A stretch of DNA of 64,000 nt from contig JBCBJQ010000003.1 of NCBI GenBank assembly GCA_038523235.1, positions 94,188 through 158,187 of the forward strand. The letters are read 5' to 3'. Within the stretch, counting starts at the first letter, position 1. The number at the start of each line of letters is the position of its first letter. Positions 54,321 through 64,000 of the stretch are shown in pieces. The translations under genes and the position numbers were made by a program. A model generated the notes under the pieces. It searched no databases. It had not been told where the DNA came from and saw nothing but the letters and a program-made list of their open reading frames with translations. The DNA comes from Cyanobacteria bacterium J06626_4 (lineage in GTDB: Bacteria; Cyanobacteriota; Cyanobacteriia; Phormidesmidales; Phormidesmidaceae).

Positions 54321-56159
54321 TTAGGCCGGATAGATCCGCAGGCGGCGATTGGGCTCATCGCCAAAGCTGCAGGACTTGAGCCGATAATGTTCAGCCAGTT
54401 CATGCTGCATTTTACGAATGCGAGACGACCGGGGCAGCAGTTCTACCGGCTGGCCTTTGGGAATGACGATTTGTTCGACGGCCAGACGCGCCTCTTCCAA
54501 AGCTTCCAACTCATCGGCATTCTCATTGGGCGAATACAGGCTGAGATTGGGCATCGCTTTGACGTTGCTGTCATCCAAGTCCAGCAGGCGCTGCAGAGTG
54601 CGCACAATCTGCGGCATGCTATTCGCCTTGACGGTGTGAATGGGGAGCTGACGCACTTTGGCAATTTGCCGCAGTTTGGAATGGTGTTTGACGTGCGATC
54701 GCAGGGCTAAAACGGCATCCGCACTCTCCAGATCCTTGGTTAACAGCACAGGCAACCGCAGCGTTTCGATCACCTGATCGAGGTGGTGCTTACTAATGCC
54801 ATACGGGTAGATGCGCAAGATATCTTCGCCATTGGGGCCGACGGTGGGCTCAGGGGCAAGGCCCAGCCCGTCGCCGGCATCCGTGGCGGCATACACCAGT
54901 GCCGCATCATTTAAGGAATGATCGAGCATGGCTTCAAAGGTTTGCTCTTCCGACGACAGGGGCAACCGTTGCACGGTGCTAGAGCCCCCCTTCGGTGGCA
55001 CCATGCGCCCAGACGCGCGCCAGCCGCCCGACTTCAAACCACTGACCGGCGATCGCCCTTTCATCACAGCCGGGAGTTGAGGCGCTTCGGTGGTCGTCAC
55101 CACCTCGCCCTGTTCATTCACCGCCCGCACTTGGGTGGCCGGAGGCCGTCCGCGCAGCAGCGCATCCACCGTCTCCGCCACATCTTCATGAATCGCCCAG
55201 CGCTGCCGCTCCAGCATTTCGATCGCGATATCAAACGTGGGCGGCGCTTTGCGCTCTAACACGCTTTTTTGGCTGCCGCGACGACGGGCCTCATCATCCC
55301 CCAGCGTGACCGATTGAATGCCCCCCACGAGGTCAGAGAGGGTTGGGTTCTTCATGAGGTTTTCGAGCTGGTTGCCGTGGGCGGTGCCCACCAGCTGCAC
55401 CCCCCGTTCGGCGATGGTGCGAGCAGCGGTGGCTTCTAGCTCGGTGCCAATCTCGTCAATCACGATAACTTCGGGCATGTGGTTCTCCACCGCCTCGATC
55501 ATCACCTGGTGCTGTAGCTCCGGTTTCGCCACCTGCATGCGCCGCGCCCTTCCGATCGCCGGGTGCGGAATATCGCCGTCACCGGCAATTTCGTTAGAGG
55601 TGTCAATGATGACGACGCGCTTGTCGAGGTCATCAGCCAGTACACGAGCGATTTCTCGCAGGGCGGTGGTTTTGCCCACACCGGGACGCCCCAGCATCAA
55701 AATTGACTGGCCGCGTTCGACCAAATCGCGCACCAGACCAATAGTGCCAAAGACGGCGCGACCGACGCGGCAGGTGAGGCCAATTACGTCGCCTGAGCGA
55801 TTACGAATGGCACTGATGCGGTGCAGGGTCTTCTCAATCCCGGCGCGATTGTCGCCGCCAAAAAAGCCGACGCGATCAATACAGTATTGCAGATCGGCTT
55901 TAGTCACGACCTCATCAGAGAGATAATCCGCACCAGAGAGAAACCGGGCTTCGGGCCGTCTACCCAGATCGAGAATCACCTCAATAAGCTGATCGGCCTG
56001 CTCATGCTGCCGAATGAGTGCCGCTGTTTGCGGGGGCAAAACGGCCAACAGTTGATGAAGATCGTCGTACACTGCCGATTGCGAGTCCGATGCCGTGCCT
56101 TCAGGGGCCGGAAAGAAACTGGCAGAATCAACGGACTGGGCGTCGTTTTGAAAGGCCAT
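54321..56159 (-). CDS. Ycf45-like AAA ATPase with C-terminal R3H domain
   Basis: GRPGVGKT, IVIDEIG and GTAHG motifs; C-terminal RxxxH (RIRKMQHELAEHY). Confidence 0.9.
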   Translation of the reverse strand: MAFQNDAQSVDSASFFPAPEGTASDSQSAVYDDLHQLLAVLPPQTAALIRQHEQADQLIEVILDLGRRPEARFLSGADYLSDEVVTKADLQYCIDRVGFFGGDNRAGIEKTLHRISAIRNRSGDVIGLTCRVGRAVFGTIGLVRDLVERGQSILMLGRPGVGKTTALREIARVLADDLDKRVVIIDTSNEIAGDGDIPHPAIGRARRMQVAKPELQHQVMIEAVENHMPEVIVIDEIGTELEATAARTIAERGVQLVGTAHGNQLENLMKNPTLSDLVGGIQSVTLGDDEARRRGSQKSVLERKAPPTFDIAIEMLERQRWAIHEDVAETVDALLRGRPPATQVRAVNEQGEVVTTTEAPQLPAVMKGRSPVSGLKSGGWRASGRMVPPKGGSSTVQRLPLSSEEQTFEAMLDHSLNDAALVYAATDAGDGLGLAPEPTVGPNGEDILRIYPYGISKHHLDQVIETLRLPVLLTKDLESADAVLALRSHVKHHSKLRQIAKVRQLPIHTVKANSMPQIVRTLQRLLDLDDSNVKAMPNLSLYSPNENADELEALEEARLAVEQIVIPKGQPVELLPRSSRIRKMQHELAEHYRLKSCSFGDEPNRRLRIYPA

Positions 56160-56167
56160 AGACTGAC

Positions 56168-57430
56168 TTAAAATCTACTCGAATGACGATAAACAGGCGG
56201 CTCGGTAGATGCCATAACCCACTCGCGCTGCTCACCCAGGGGGATGGGGGGCGAGGTTACGGCGGGGCGGCGGATCGCCTTGAGGGGAGCCACCAAGCTC
56301 TGGGCCAGCTGCACGGCTTGCAGCAGCTGAGGGAGGGCGATTGCCGGGTCTAGATCATTAAAATTGTCTCCTTGAGAAGTTTGGCTTGCGATCGCGGCTA
56401 GCGGTGGATAAATGGCGTCTTCATCGAGCAGTGGGCTCAACAGACGCCGGGCAAAACTGCCGTAGCCGACGCCCGCAAACGTGGGGCCAGTGGCGAGCTG
56501 GGTGGGCGTCGCGACCAACGACGGTGGCGCACTGAATTGCGCCGTCCCCATTGTTGTCGTCTCCCGGAGTTTGGCCACGGTGTGAGCATTGGTGCCCCCT
56601 GCTAACTGCACATAGCCCGGTGGCCCCGCGCGCAAGACTTTTTCGGCAAATCGTAGGGTGGCGTGGGTGGTGCCGTTGCCAATGTCGCCACTCATCGAAC
56701 GCCCATCGGTTTGCCAAATCAGCGGCACCGATAACGGCTGTATGCCCTCGTAAAGCTGCCACAGATACGCGATCGCGTCGTCATGCTCAGGGCAGCTGAT
56801 GGAAATAACGGAGAGGTTGTTTAAGGTCGGGCGGAGCGCTGACCACAGCGCCATAAACGCCTCATAGCGGCCGACTTGGGTATGAATTTCGATCGCGTCT
56901 ACCTCGTTCAGCAAGGTAGACGCAATGGCCTGGGGCGAAGTTGCCCGAGTAACCGTTTCAATCTGCTGAATCGGGCAAACGGGGAGGCAGCGACCGCAGC
57001 CATAGCACCGCGCCTCAATGACCCCCGGAAGGAGGGGCTTAAAGGAGATCGCCGCTGCCGGGCAAATGGCTTCGCAGGGCCGCGAACAATCTGCCGGACA
57101 ATTTTGAGGATCGAATTGCGCTTTGCGAAAATGAGGGTCGTCACCATCACTAAAACTCACCATCAAAAGCGGCAGTTCAGTGGGAATATCAACAGGGCAC
57201 TGAGCAACAAATGCGGGTTGCTGCCGCAGTCGAGATAAGACGCTAAAGGCTTCTTTAACCGCCTTAACCACAGCGGGATCAGCAGCGACGTCAATACAAT
57301 CAGCACCTGCTAAAGCATAGGCCAGTGCTAAATTGCGAATGGACGGAAGATGCTGATAGCTGGCTCCACCAATCAGTTTGAACCAGCAACCTTCCTGCAG
57401 AGAAATTAAGGGCCGATGGATTACTCTCAC
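56168..57430 (-). CDS. ldpA: Circadian input Fe-S protein LdpA
   Basis: WFKLIGGASYQ, DPHFRKA, CPADCSRPCEAICP, CYGCGRCLPVCP and QLAGGTN motifs; ndhN-ldpA-ycf45 synteny. Confidence 0.92.
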   Translation of the reverse strand: MRVIHRPLISLQEGCWFKLIGGASYQHLPSIRNLALAYALAGADCIDVAADPAVVKAVKEAFSVLSRLRQQPAFVAQCPVDIPTELPLLMVSFSDGDDPHFRKAQFDPQNCPADCSRPCEAICPAAAISFKPLLPGVIEARCYGCGRCLPVCPIQQIETVTRATSPQAIASTLLNEVDAIEIHTQVGRYEAFMALWSALRPTLNNLSVISISCPEHDDAIAYLWQLYEGIQPLSVPLIWQTDGRSMSGDIGNGTTHATLRFAEKVLRAGPPGYVQLAGGTNAHTVAKLRETTTMGTAQFSAPPSLVATPTQLATGPTFAGVGYGSFARRLLSPLLDEDAIYPPLAAIASQTSQGDNFNDLDPAIALPQLLQAVQLAQSLVAPLKAIRRPAVTSPPIPLGEQREWVMASTEPPVYRHSSRF

Positions 57431-57669
57431 CCTTTTATGCTAATGGGTTCTGCGGAAATTTACGAGAATTCGTCGATCTTTTCGAATTCACGGGTATCTT
57501 GCAACAGATTTGCCCATTTTCAAAGGGTTCGTAACGATTGGTAAAAAAGCCCTCAGGGTGAACGATCAGTAATTTTCGAAAATACTGTGATCGCCCATGC
57601 CATAGACTTGCCTCACAGACCGATCCAGCCGCATTCAGTGCAGTGTGAGCAAGCGATTCAGCCCCCTGG

Positions 57670-58143
57670 CTAAGCGGCTAACTCCTTCGCCAATGGCTGC
57701 CAGCTAAAGACGCGATCGCCCCCCATTTCGAGTACAACTTTGACATTCGGAAATGCTTTTGGGAGTTCTGTCAGGTAGGCAATCTCTTGTTGTGACAGAA
57801 TATTGCCCTCAATCAGCCACAGCACTAGCCCCTTCGATTTGGCCGAAAGATTCTCCAGCCGATAGTTCACAATCGGGGGAATGTAGTACCGATAACCAAC
57901 AGCAGCCGACTGGCCAATCGTTTTTTTGCCTAGGTGAGCGGGACGTACCCCGTGGACATCGGTGAGATAGGCCGACAAATCCCCCAGCCCTTTGACAGTC
58001 AGGTTTAAAGCTTCGTAGCCAGCCGCTCGCAAACGACGCTGATAGCGTCCCTCAAATCCGCCTTCGAGGGGGGCTCTGACGGCAAGAGCGCCAGACGATT
58101 CTAAATCGCGCACAAATTGTTTGCCGGTGATGAGCAGTGCCAT
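57670..58143 (-). CDS. ndhN: NAD(P)H-quinone oxidoreductase subunit N
   Basis: MALLITGKQF..DLE..GALAV..PLEGGFEGRYQRRLRAAGY...HGVRPAHLGK. Confidence 0.96.
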   Translation of the reverse strand: MALLITGKQFVRDLESSGALAVRAPLEGGFEGRYQRRLRAAGYEALNLTVKGLGDLSAYLTDVHGVRPAHLGKKTIGQSAAVGYRYYIPPIVNYRLENLSAKSKGLVLWLIEGNILSQQEIAYLTELPKAFPNVKVVLEMGGDRVFSWQPLAKELAA

Positions 58144-58528
58144 AGTGCTCCTTGCTGATTTGCGATCGCATCACTGTTTCACCTTATCCTACTGGGTAAC
58201 TGGCTCCCGAACGACCGCGGCGATCGCTTTGTTGGCCTGACTTACGCAAAATCACTCAATGGTCAACCTCGACCGGGAGCAATGGGACTAGCCGAGCGAT
58301 CGCCCTTCGCCATAACCAAAGTCAAAAAAGTGCTGAATGCCACTGATCATCGCACCGCTTTGAACGGCAGCGGCCACATCGGGGTTAGCCGCCAGATAGG
58401 CACTCTCACTCAAGAGGTCGCTCGGGCCGCGCCCTTCCGTCACGCCAAAGAACTGAAAATGCTGCCAGCCCGACTCAAAATCGCCTGACGTCGCTGGTCT
58501 CCTTTACCTCTTGGCTAAGTGACGCACG

Positions 58529-59995
58529 CTAGTAAGCCCCTTTGCCGAGAAACACAATGCGCAGCGTCTCAACCAAAATTTCTAAATCTAAATTGAGCGA
58601 CCAATTGTCAATGTAATGCAGGTCGAGGCGGGCCACATCATCGAAGGTATCGATGTCCGATCGCCCCGAGATTTGCCACAGTCCGGTAATGCCAGGGAGT
58701 ACCTGATGACGGGTATGGTGCCAGGCGGCAAACCGAGCCACATCGCGTACGGGTAGCGGTCGCGGCCCGACCAGGCTCATTTCACCGCGTAGAACATTGA
58801 GAATCTGCGGCAGCTCATCCAAGCTGGTGCGGCGCAAAAAAGTCCCAACACGGGTCACCCGAGGATCTTGCTTGACCTTAAAGAGGATACCGTCGGCGGT
58901 TTCATTCTGCTGCTCTAGTAGGCGCTGCTGCTGATCGGCATTCACCCCCATCGTGCGAAATTTCCACACCCAAAAGTTTTGCCCGTGCAGGCCCACCCGC
59001 TCTTGACGAAAAAATACTGGACCAGGAGAGTCGAGCCGAATGGCTACGGCGATCGCCACGAAGACCGGGACAAGCAACAGCGCACCTAGGCTAGTACCGC
59101 CATAGTCCATCAGGCGCTTGAGGCGATAATCCCAGCTACCCATCAGCGGCGCATCTAACCGTAGGGTCGGCAGACCGGCCAGGGTTTCGGGGGTGCCCCG
59201 GCGGTACAGCATGTCGCGACTGGTGGGAATCAGTTGCATGGCGATCCCGGCGCGGCGCAGTTTCCAATACAACTCTGAGGCCAAATCCGCCGAGGGAATA
59301 TTTTCCACTAGGACGAGGGAGACTTGAGCCACCACAATCGCCCGAAAGGTCGTAGCAGAGTTGGCGGTGCTAGGTAATGCCGCACCGACAACATCGACCT
59401 GGGCTCGCTTTGACAACACTTCTGATAGGCGTTGCAGTCGTCCCGCTGGCGCAATCAGAAAGACCGCCGTTTGAGCCTGCAGCCGCTCGATGGGGCGCAA
59501 TAGCAAACCGCTGGCCAGGCGAAACCCAATGATCAACACGACGCTGCTTAACCAGGCAGAAAAAAAGAGCGATCGTGGCAAATCAAGCTTGGGGTCATAA
59601 AAATATAGCCCGACTAGAGATACCAGATAAACGAGGCTGAGCAGCTTACCCGCCTGCAAATAGTTTTTAATCTGATACCGGTTGCCATAGAGGCCCCCAC
59701 TGGCAAAGACGCTCAGCGTGCAGGCCCCTAAAATCCACAATGGGCTAGGAATAGAGAGCCACGTCCACCACACTAACTGTGACGGAATCGGCGAGAAAAA
59801 ATGGTTGAGGGTACGGGCAATTTGCCAAGACAACGCCAGCGCTATGACATCGGCCAACATCAGGATCAGCGATCGCTGTAGCTCCCACTGCAATGCATCC
59901 TGGAGCCGCAGCCTTCGAGGGGCACGGATATCCACTGATTTCGGCGGGGGCGATCGGCGTTTCAAAGTCGTCTTAATCGTGCGAGGCAGATTCAT
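58529..59995 (-). CDS. Polyprenyl glycosylphosphotransferase (WcaJ/WbaP-like priming sugar transferase)
   Basis: N-terminal TM helices; [37 protein letters not shown] and PGITGLWQ motifs. Confidence 0.94.
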   Translation of the reverse strand: MNLPRTIKTTLKRRSPPPKSVDIRAPRRLRLQDALQWELQRSLILMLADVIALALSWQIARTLNHFFSPIPSQLVWWTWLSIPSPLWILGACTLSVFASGGLYGNRYQIKNYLQAGKLLSLVYLVSLVGLYFYDPKLDLPRSLFFSAWLSSVVLIIGFRLASGLLLRPIERLQAQTAVFLIAPAGRLQRLSEVLSKRAQVDVVGAALPSTANSATTFRAIVVAQVSLVLVENIPSADLASELYWKLRRAGIAMQLIPTSRDMLYRRGTPETLAGLPTLRLDAPLMGSWDYRLKRLMDYGGTSLGALLLVPVFVAIAVAIRLDSPGPVFFRQERVGLHGQNFWVWKFRTMGVNADQQQRLLEQQNETADGILFKVKQDPRVTRVGTFLRRTSLDELPQILNVLRGEMSLVGPRPLPVRDVARFAAWHHTRHQVLPGITGLWQISGRSDIDTFDDVARLDLHYIDNWSLNLDLEILVETLRIVFLGKGAY

Positions 59996-60086
59996 AAACA
60001 GTCGGCGATCGGGGGGGACAATTTTCAGGCCTTCCCGTTAGTGTTCCGAAATTTCGTCCAAACCATATCATTCCTTAGGTTTCTTG

Positions 60087-60866
60087 TTACTTGATCGGCC
60101 AAACAGACGTTAGCCAACGCCAGCTCAGCTGCCCACCCAGCAGAATTACAAAAGCGGGATTATTCACCAGATATCGCTGCCACAGGCGACGCGGCTCTTG
60201 ACTAAAGCGAAAGGCCCATTCCAAACCAAGCCGCATCATCCAGCGCGGGGCCTGGGTCACGTCTCCACTCAAAAAGCTAAAGGCCGCACCAACGCCAATC
60301 ATCACGGCATTGAGCTGGCCCTGTTGACGGGCCATCCACTGTTCCTGTTTGGGGCAACCTAGGGCGACAAACACGACCGCTGCCTGTGATTGATGAATAC
60401 GCTCAATATCAGCGTTCTCCTCAGCCACAGTCAGAGCCCGAAAAGGTGGCGCATAAGAGCCAGCGATCGTCAGGTCAGGAAACCGGTGAGATAACGCCTG
60501 AGTTACCCGCTCCAGCATGGCACCAGTGCCCCCATATAGATAAATGGGGAGCTGGGTCTGCGCCGCTCGCTGACACCAAGCCAGCATCAGGTCAGGGCCG
60601 TAAACCCTCTGTTGCTGCGGGATGCCCAACCAACGCATCGCCCAAACTAAGGGCATACCGTCCGGTGTCACCAAGGCCGCACCTTCTAACACGGCTCGGT
60701 AAGAGACATCCCAATAAGCCGTCATTACAACGTGCACGTTAGCTGCAACCACATAGCAAGATGTCTGGTCTGTGGCCCAATACTGAATGCGATCGCAGGC
60801 ATTTTGGTAACTCGTTACGTCGATCCGAGCACCTAAGATTTCTCTATGACCGTTGCTTTTCAACAT
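60087..60866 (-). CDS. WecB/TagA/CpsF family glycosyltransferase
   Basis: PDGMPLVW, RVYGPDL, ALGCPKQE and GLEW..R...EPRRLW.RY motifs. Confidence 0.93.
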   Translation of the reverse strand: MLKSNGHREILGARIDVTSYQNACDRIQYWATDQTSCYVVAANVHVVMTAYWDVSYRAVLEGAALVTPDGMPLVWAMRWLGIPQQQRVYGPDLMLAWCQRAAQTQLPIYLYGGTGAMLERVTQALSHRFPDLTIAGSYAPPFRALTVAEENADIERIHQSQAAVVFVALGCPKQEQWMARQQGQLNAVMIGVGAAFSFLSGDVTQAPRWMMRLGLEWAFRFSQEPRRLWQRYLVNNPAFVILLGGQLSWRWLTSVWPIK

Positions 60867-60988
60867 AAAAAATTAGCCCAGCAGCAATGATAGACGTCAG
60901 AATCTACCAAGATTAAACCGCGTTCATCGCTAGAACGGTAATTTGCTGTAGAGGCAACTCCCAGTCTGCAATCTGGGCTTCGTTGGGA

Positions 60989-62179
60989 CTACACCGACTC
61001 GCCCAAGATTTGAACATAGGCGGCCATGGCTTTTTGACCGATCGCCGACCAAGTATAGTGCCGGTTGACTTTCACTTTGCCACTCGCACCCATCGCCTGG
61101 CGTAGAGGCGCATCCGCAAGGAGCATCAGAATCGCATCAGCGATAGCCGATGGAGTTTGGTCGACTAAAAAGCCATCTACCCCAGCCTCAATTACTTCAG
61201 AGACGGCAGGAATAGGGCACCCAATGACCGGTTTTTCAAACAGCCAAGCTTCTGTATAGACGCCCCCAAAGCTCTCTTGGGTAGACGGCACACACAAAAA
61301 TTCACAGGCAGCTAAAGCATCTGTCTTTTCTTGCAAACTAACGTGACCTAGCCGATGAACACGAGAGTCACACATCGCCGCAAAGGCTTTTTCTGAGTCT
61401 TGAACGGGCGGCCCGATAAAGACAAACTCAACCTCTGGCCGCTGCTGCCAGACGGCTGTAGTCGCCTCTAGCAACTGCCCATAGCCCTTGTAGCGATAGT
61501 GTTGGCCTAGAAACAAAACCATCGGCCCATTAATGCCGTACTTAGTTCGAAATGCTTCGGGTGCAGCTATTTTAGCCACGATGGGACCATGGCCAATGAC
61601 GTGAATTTTTTCAGGCTGAACCCGCAGACTGATAAGAGTCTGCCTCTCAGCCTCGGTGAGTGCAAAAATGCCATCAGCCTGACGATAAAGCTCAAGGTAG
61701 CAGCGATAGCGCCACCCCACCCAGCGCGGATGATGGACGGGTGTTAATACAAAGGGAATCTGCCAGCGCCGGGCAGCTCTGAACGACGCGGCAGATAACC
61801 CCTCTCGACCAATTCTGACGTTATGAACAAGATCTGCAGTCTGAGCGTAAGGCGATAGATGGGTTTCGAGCAAAGTCGCAATTCGGGGCAGTGCCACCCC
61901 CATCAGTGGATAGTAAAGCGGCAGCCAAGGTGCCATCCGCAGTTTTTCACCAGTAGAGAGGCCGATCCTATGGACAGAAATGCCATCAACTTGATAATCA
62001 ATCGCTTGATTCGGAGCATTTAGGGTCGTCCCTAGCAGCCAATCGGTTCGATTTCGATCCCATTGACTCACCACCTCAACCGAGTTTTGGGAGCCTATCT
62101 GTTGCGCCAACAGATGCTGATGTGTCTGAGCGCCCCCTACCGCAGGCGAATAGCTGGTCAAGGTATAGAGCAGTTTCAT
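60989..62179 (-). CDS. Glycosyltransferase family 4
   Basis: GGAQ N-terminal motif; KGY and PS.QESFGGVYTEAW...PVI motifs. Confidence 0.9.
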   Translation of the reverse strand: MKLLYTLTSYSPAVGGAQTHQHLLAQQIGSQNSVEVVSQWDRNRTDWLLGTTLNAPNQAIDYQVDGISVHRIGLSTGEKLRMAPWLPLYYPLMGVALPRIATLLETHLSPYAQTADLVHNVRIGREGLSAASFRAARRWQIPFVLTPVHHPRWVGWRYRCYLELYRQADGIFALTEAERQTLISLRVQPEKIHVIGHGPIVAKIAAPEAFRTKYGINGPMVLFLGQHYRYKGYGQLLEATTAVWQQRPEVEFVFIGPPVQDSEKAFAAMCDSRVHRLGHVSLQEKTDALAACEFLCVPSTQESFGGVYTEAWLFEKPVIGCPIPAVSEVIEAGVDGFLVDQTPSAIADAILMLLADAPLRQAMGASGKVKVNRHYTWSAIGQKAMAAYVQILGESV

Positions 62180-62284
62180 TTGCCGAGGTCACAATAGACA
62201 GTGCTGCTCATACCGGTTTTCCAGAAACTAACAATCCAAGTTTAGTCGGTGGCTACTTGCTCAAATCAAGGTCTCAAGCAAAGC

Positions 62285-63160
62285 TTACTGAGCCGGTTTG
62301 AACGCCAAGGCTTGGAGCGCCGCCCCCATCTGGAAACGAGGTGCAAGGTTGTACACCTGCCTCGCCAAACTTTGCAACGGCGCTGGCCAGCGTTGGGTAC
62401 TCACGATAGTTTTGGGTGCACTGGTAAACACCAGAACTTGCTCAAACCCGGCTTTGTGCAAAGCATACTTCAGCGATGCTGGTGAAAAGTAGAGTAAGTG
62501 CTCTGGAGGAATGATATGAGACCATTTCGCGCCTCTAATCTGTGCACCGAGGCTTTTAATATTAGGTGTTTCGACAAAGAAGACTCCGTTCGGAGCCAGC
62601 AAACGATAGCACTGTTGTAACTGTTCCATCGGATTCAGCAAATGCTCAATCACGTGGTAGCTCGTAATTAGGTTATAAGATGCAGGCGGCAGAGTCAGTG
62701 CTGTAATGTCGCCCTGGCGGATGCAATCACCTACTTTGCTAACGGCCCGGTCAACCGCATTCTGGCAAATCTCAGTACCTGTCACCAGCCAGCCAGCCTG
62801 CTGGGCTACCTTCAAAAAGTCACCCGTCCCACACCCCACATCTAACAAAGAGCCCTGAGGATTTTGACACAAAGTGGGCTGATAAATTTCAAGCATCTGC
62901 GTTAACGTCTCATACCGATCAACCGCAAAACTGGATTCTACCATCGGGCTCTGACTATAGCTCTCGTGATAGCCGTTGTCGTAAAAAGCTTGAACTTCCT
63001 CTGCAGATGGCACGGGAAAGAAAGAAACCAAAGAACACTCCTGGCAAGTGGCTAGTGCCCCCTGATCGAGTGAATAAAGCAGCGCAAATTGATGACAATC
63101 ACAGATAGGACAAATCGTCGTTCTATCCATGCGTGAATTTAGCTGTTTCGTATCTTTCAT
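62285..63160 (-). CDS. Class I SAM-dependent methyltransferase with N-terminal Zn-ribbon
   Basis: CPIC...CQEC, LLDVGCGTG, HVIEH and HLLYFSP motifs. Confidence 0.9.
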   Translation of the reverse strand: MKDTKQLNSRMDRTTICPICDCHQFALLYSLDQGALATCQECSLVSFFPVPSAEEVQAFYDNGYHESYSQSPMVESSFAVDRYETLTQMLEIYQPTLCQNPQGSLLDVGCGTGDFLKVAQQAGWLVTGTEICQNAVDRAVSKVGDCIRQGDITALTLPPASYNLITSYHVIEHLLNPMEQLQQCYRLLAPNGVFFVETPNIKSLGAQIRGAKWSHIIPPEHLLYFSPASLKYALHKAGFEQVLVFTSAPKTIVSTQRWPAPLQSLARQVYNLAPRFQMGAALQALAFKPAQ

Positions 63161-63192
63161 ACTTAGACAAGTATAAATAATAGCGACAATGT

Positions 63193-64000
63193 CTATATCT
63201 TTAAAGAGCTTCGTAATTTACGATACAGACGAAAAAACAACCCAAATTGGTGAAACTGAGTAAACCGATCTGCTCGGCTGTTTTGTATTACAACTTTGGG
63301 ATGCGTGAGAGGAAAAGCAATTGACTCAGTGGGCATGTTTGCAAAGGGTGAGTAGGCCGTGGCATGGTGAGTACCTCCCACCCCAAAGCCGATATTAGAA
63401 ACCAGGTTAGCGCTAGGCAAAATACATAGTCCGTGCTGTTGCCAACAGGACAATGTCCATACGTAATCCCAGGTATCAATATGACCCTCGTAAGTTTGTT
63501 GAAACCTATGTTGCCAATATCTAACAGTTAAGTAATCACATAATATATCCCTTAATCTTTGACGATCCCTAATCTCCGGCCAAAGCGCCATCTCAGCATC
63601 GTAATATTGCCATGCCCGTCTCCATGTAGCCCATCCCCAGCAGTGAAAATATCTAGAGAAATAGTAACTATCATACGTTCTCTGTCGGCCAAACTGAAAG
63701 TTATCGCCCGATATAGCCATCACTCGCTCATCAGTTGCATAGTGTTCTAGCAACTCATTACAAAACCCAAAGAAAGACAAGTCAGGCAGGCAGTCATCTT
63801 CCAAAATAATCGCTGACTCGACTTCAGAAAACACCCAATCGAGCCCGCTTGAAACTCGCTTTCGGCATCCAAGGTTAGAATCAGAGTAGTTTTTTGAAAT
63901 TTGGCAATCCCAATCAATTTTATCTATAAAATCCCGAGTCATCAAGCATTAATTTACTTCCTCATGGACAACTATTCAAGATCCATCAGCGACGAAAAAA
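63193..64000 (-). pseudogene. GT-A fold glycosyltransferase (HlpA-like family), partial, with in-frame stops near the N-terminus
   Basis: NLGCRKRVSSGLDWVF, IILEDDC and CWGWATWRRAW motifs. The upstream in-frame sequence reads FFVADGS*IVVHEEVN*CLMTR. Confidence 0.65.

Noticed and set aside
55318..55926. 202-aa plus-strand ORF and many similar overlapping ORFs
   Set aside because: Antisense to well-supported genes in GC-rich DNA, with no independent coding signal.

Overview
A 64-kb chromosomal segment from a cyanobacterium, based on the dense HIP1 GCGATCGC octamers, ndhN, ldpA, groEL2 with CIRCE, a plastoquinone prenyltransferase and an SpkB-like kinase. The fairly GC-rich composition suggests a non-heterocystous filamentous lineage (Leptolyngbya/Nodosilinea-like; inference). 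Most of the window is housekeeping: a pncB-nadD-nrtR-nadE NAD-salvage operon with a clear 21-bp NrtR box, dapB, groEL2, hemL, queG, ispF, trmD, pyrE, a P-type ATPase, an ABC-F protein, pheT, cobU, rnz, ldpA and ndhN. It also holds an IS982/ISL3 scar and the end of a polysaccharide biosynthesis cluster. The most interesting region is 31.5-33.1 kb. It has two tandem paralogous 66-aa genes, followed by two direct repeats with a 221-bp period. Each repeat looks like a complete promoter-sRNA-terminator unit: its ~55-nt RNA begins GGTAGATGCACCCTGAT, matching my recollection of the 5' end of the heterocyst sRNA NsiR1, and it has a DIF1-like TCCGGG at -35, but there is no hetF nearby. A probable 6S RNA (~21.9-22.1 kb) and a further candidate sRNA (~10.5 kb) are not covered by the ORF track. 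Family assignments come from motif recognition, not database searches.
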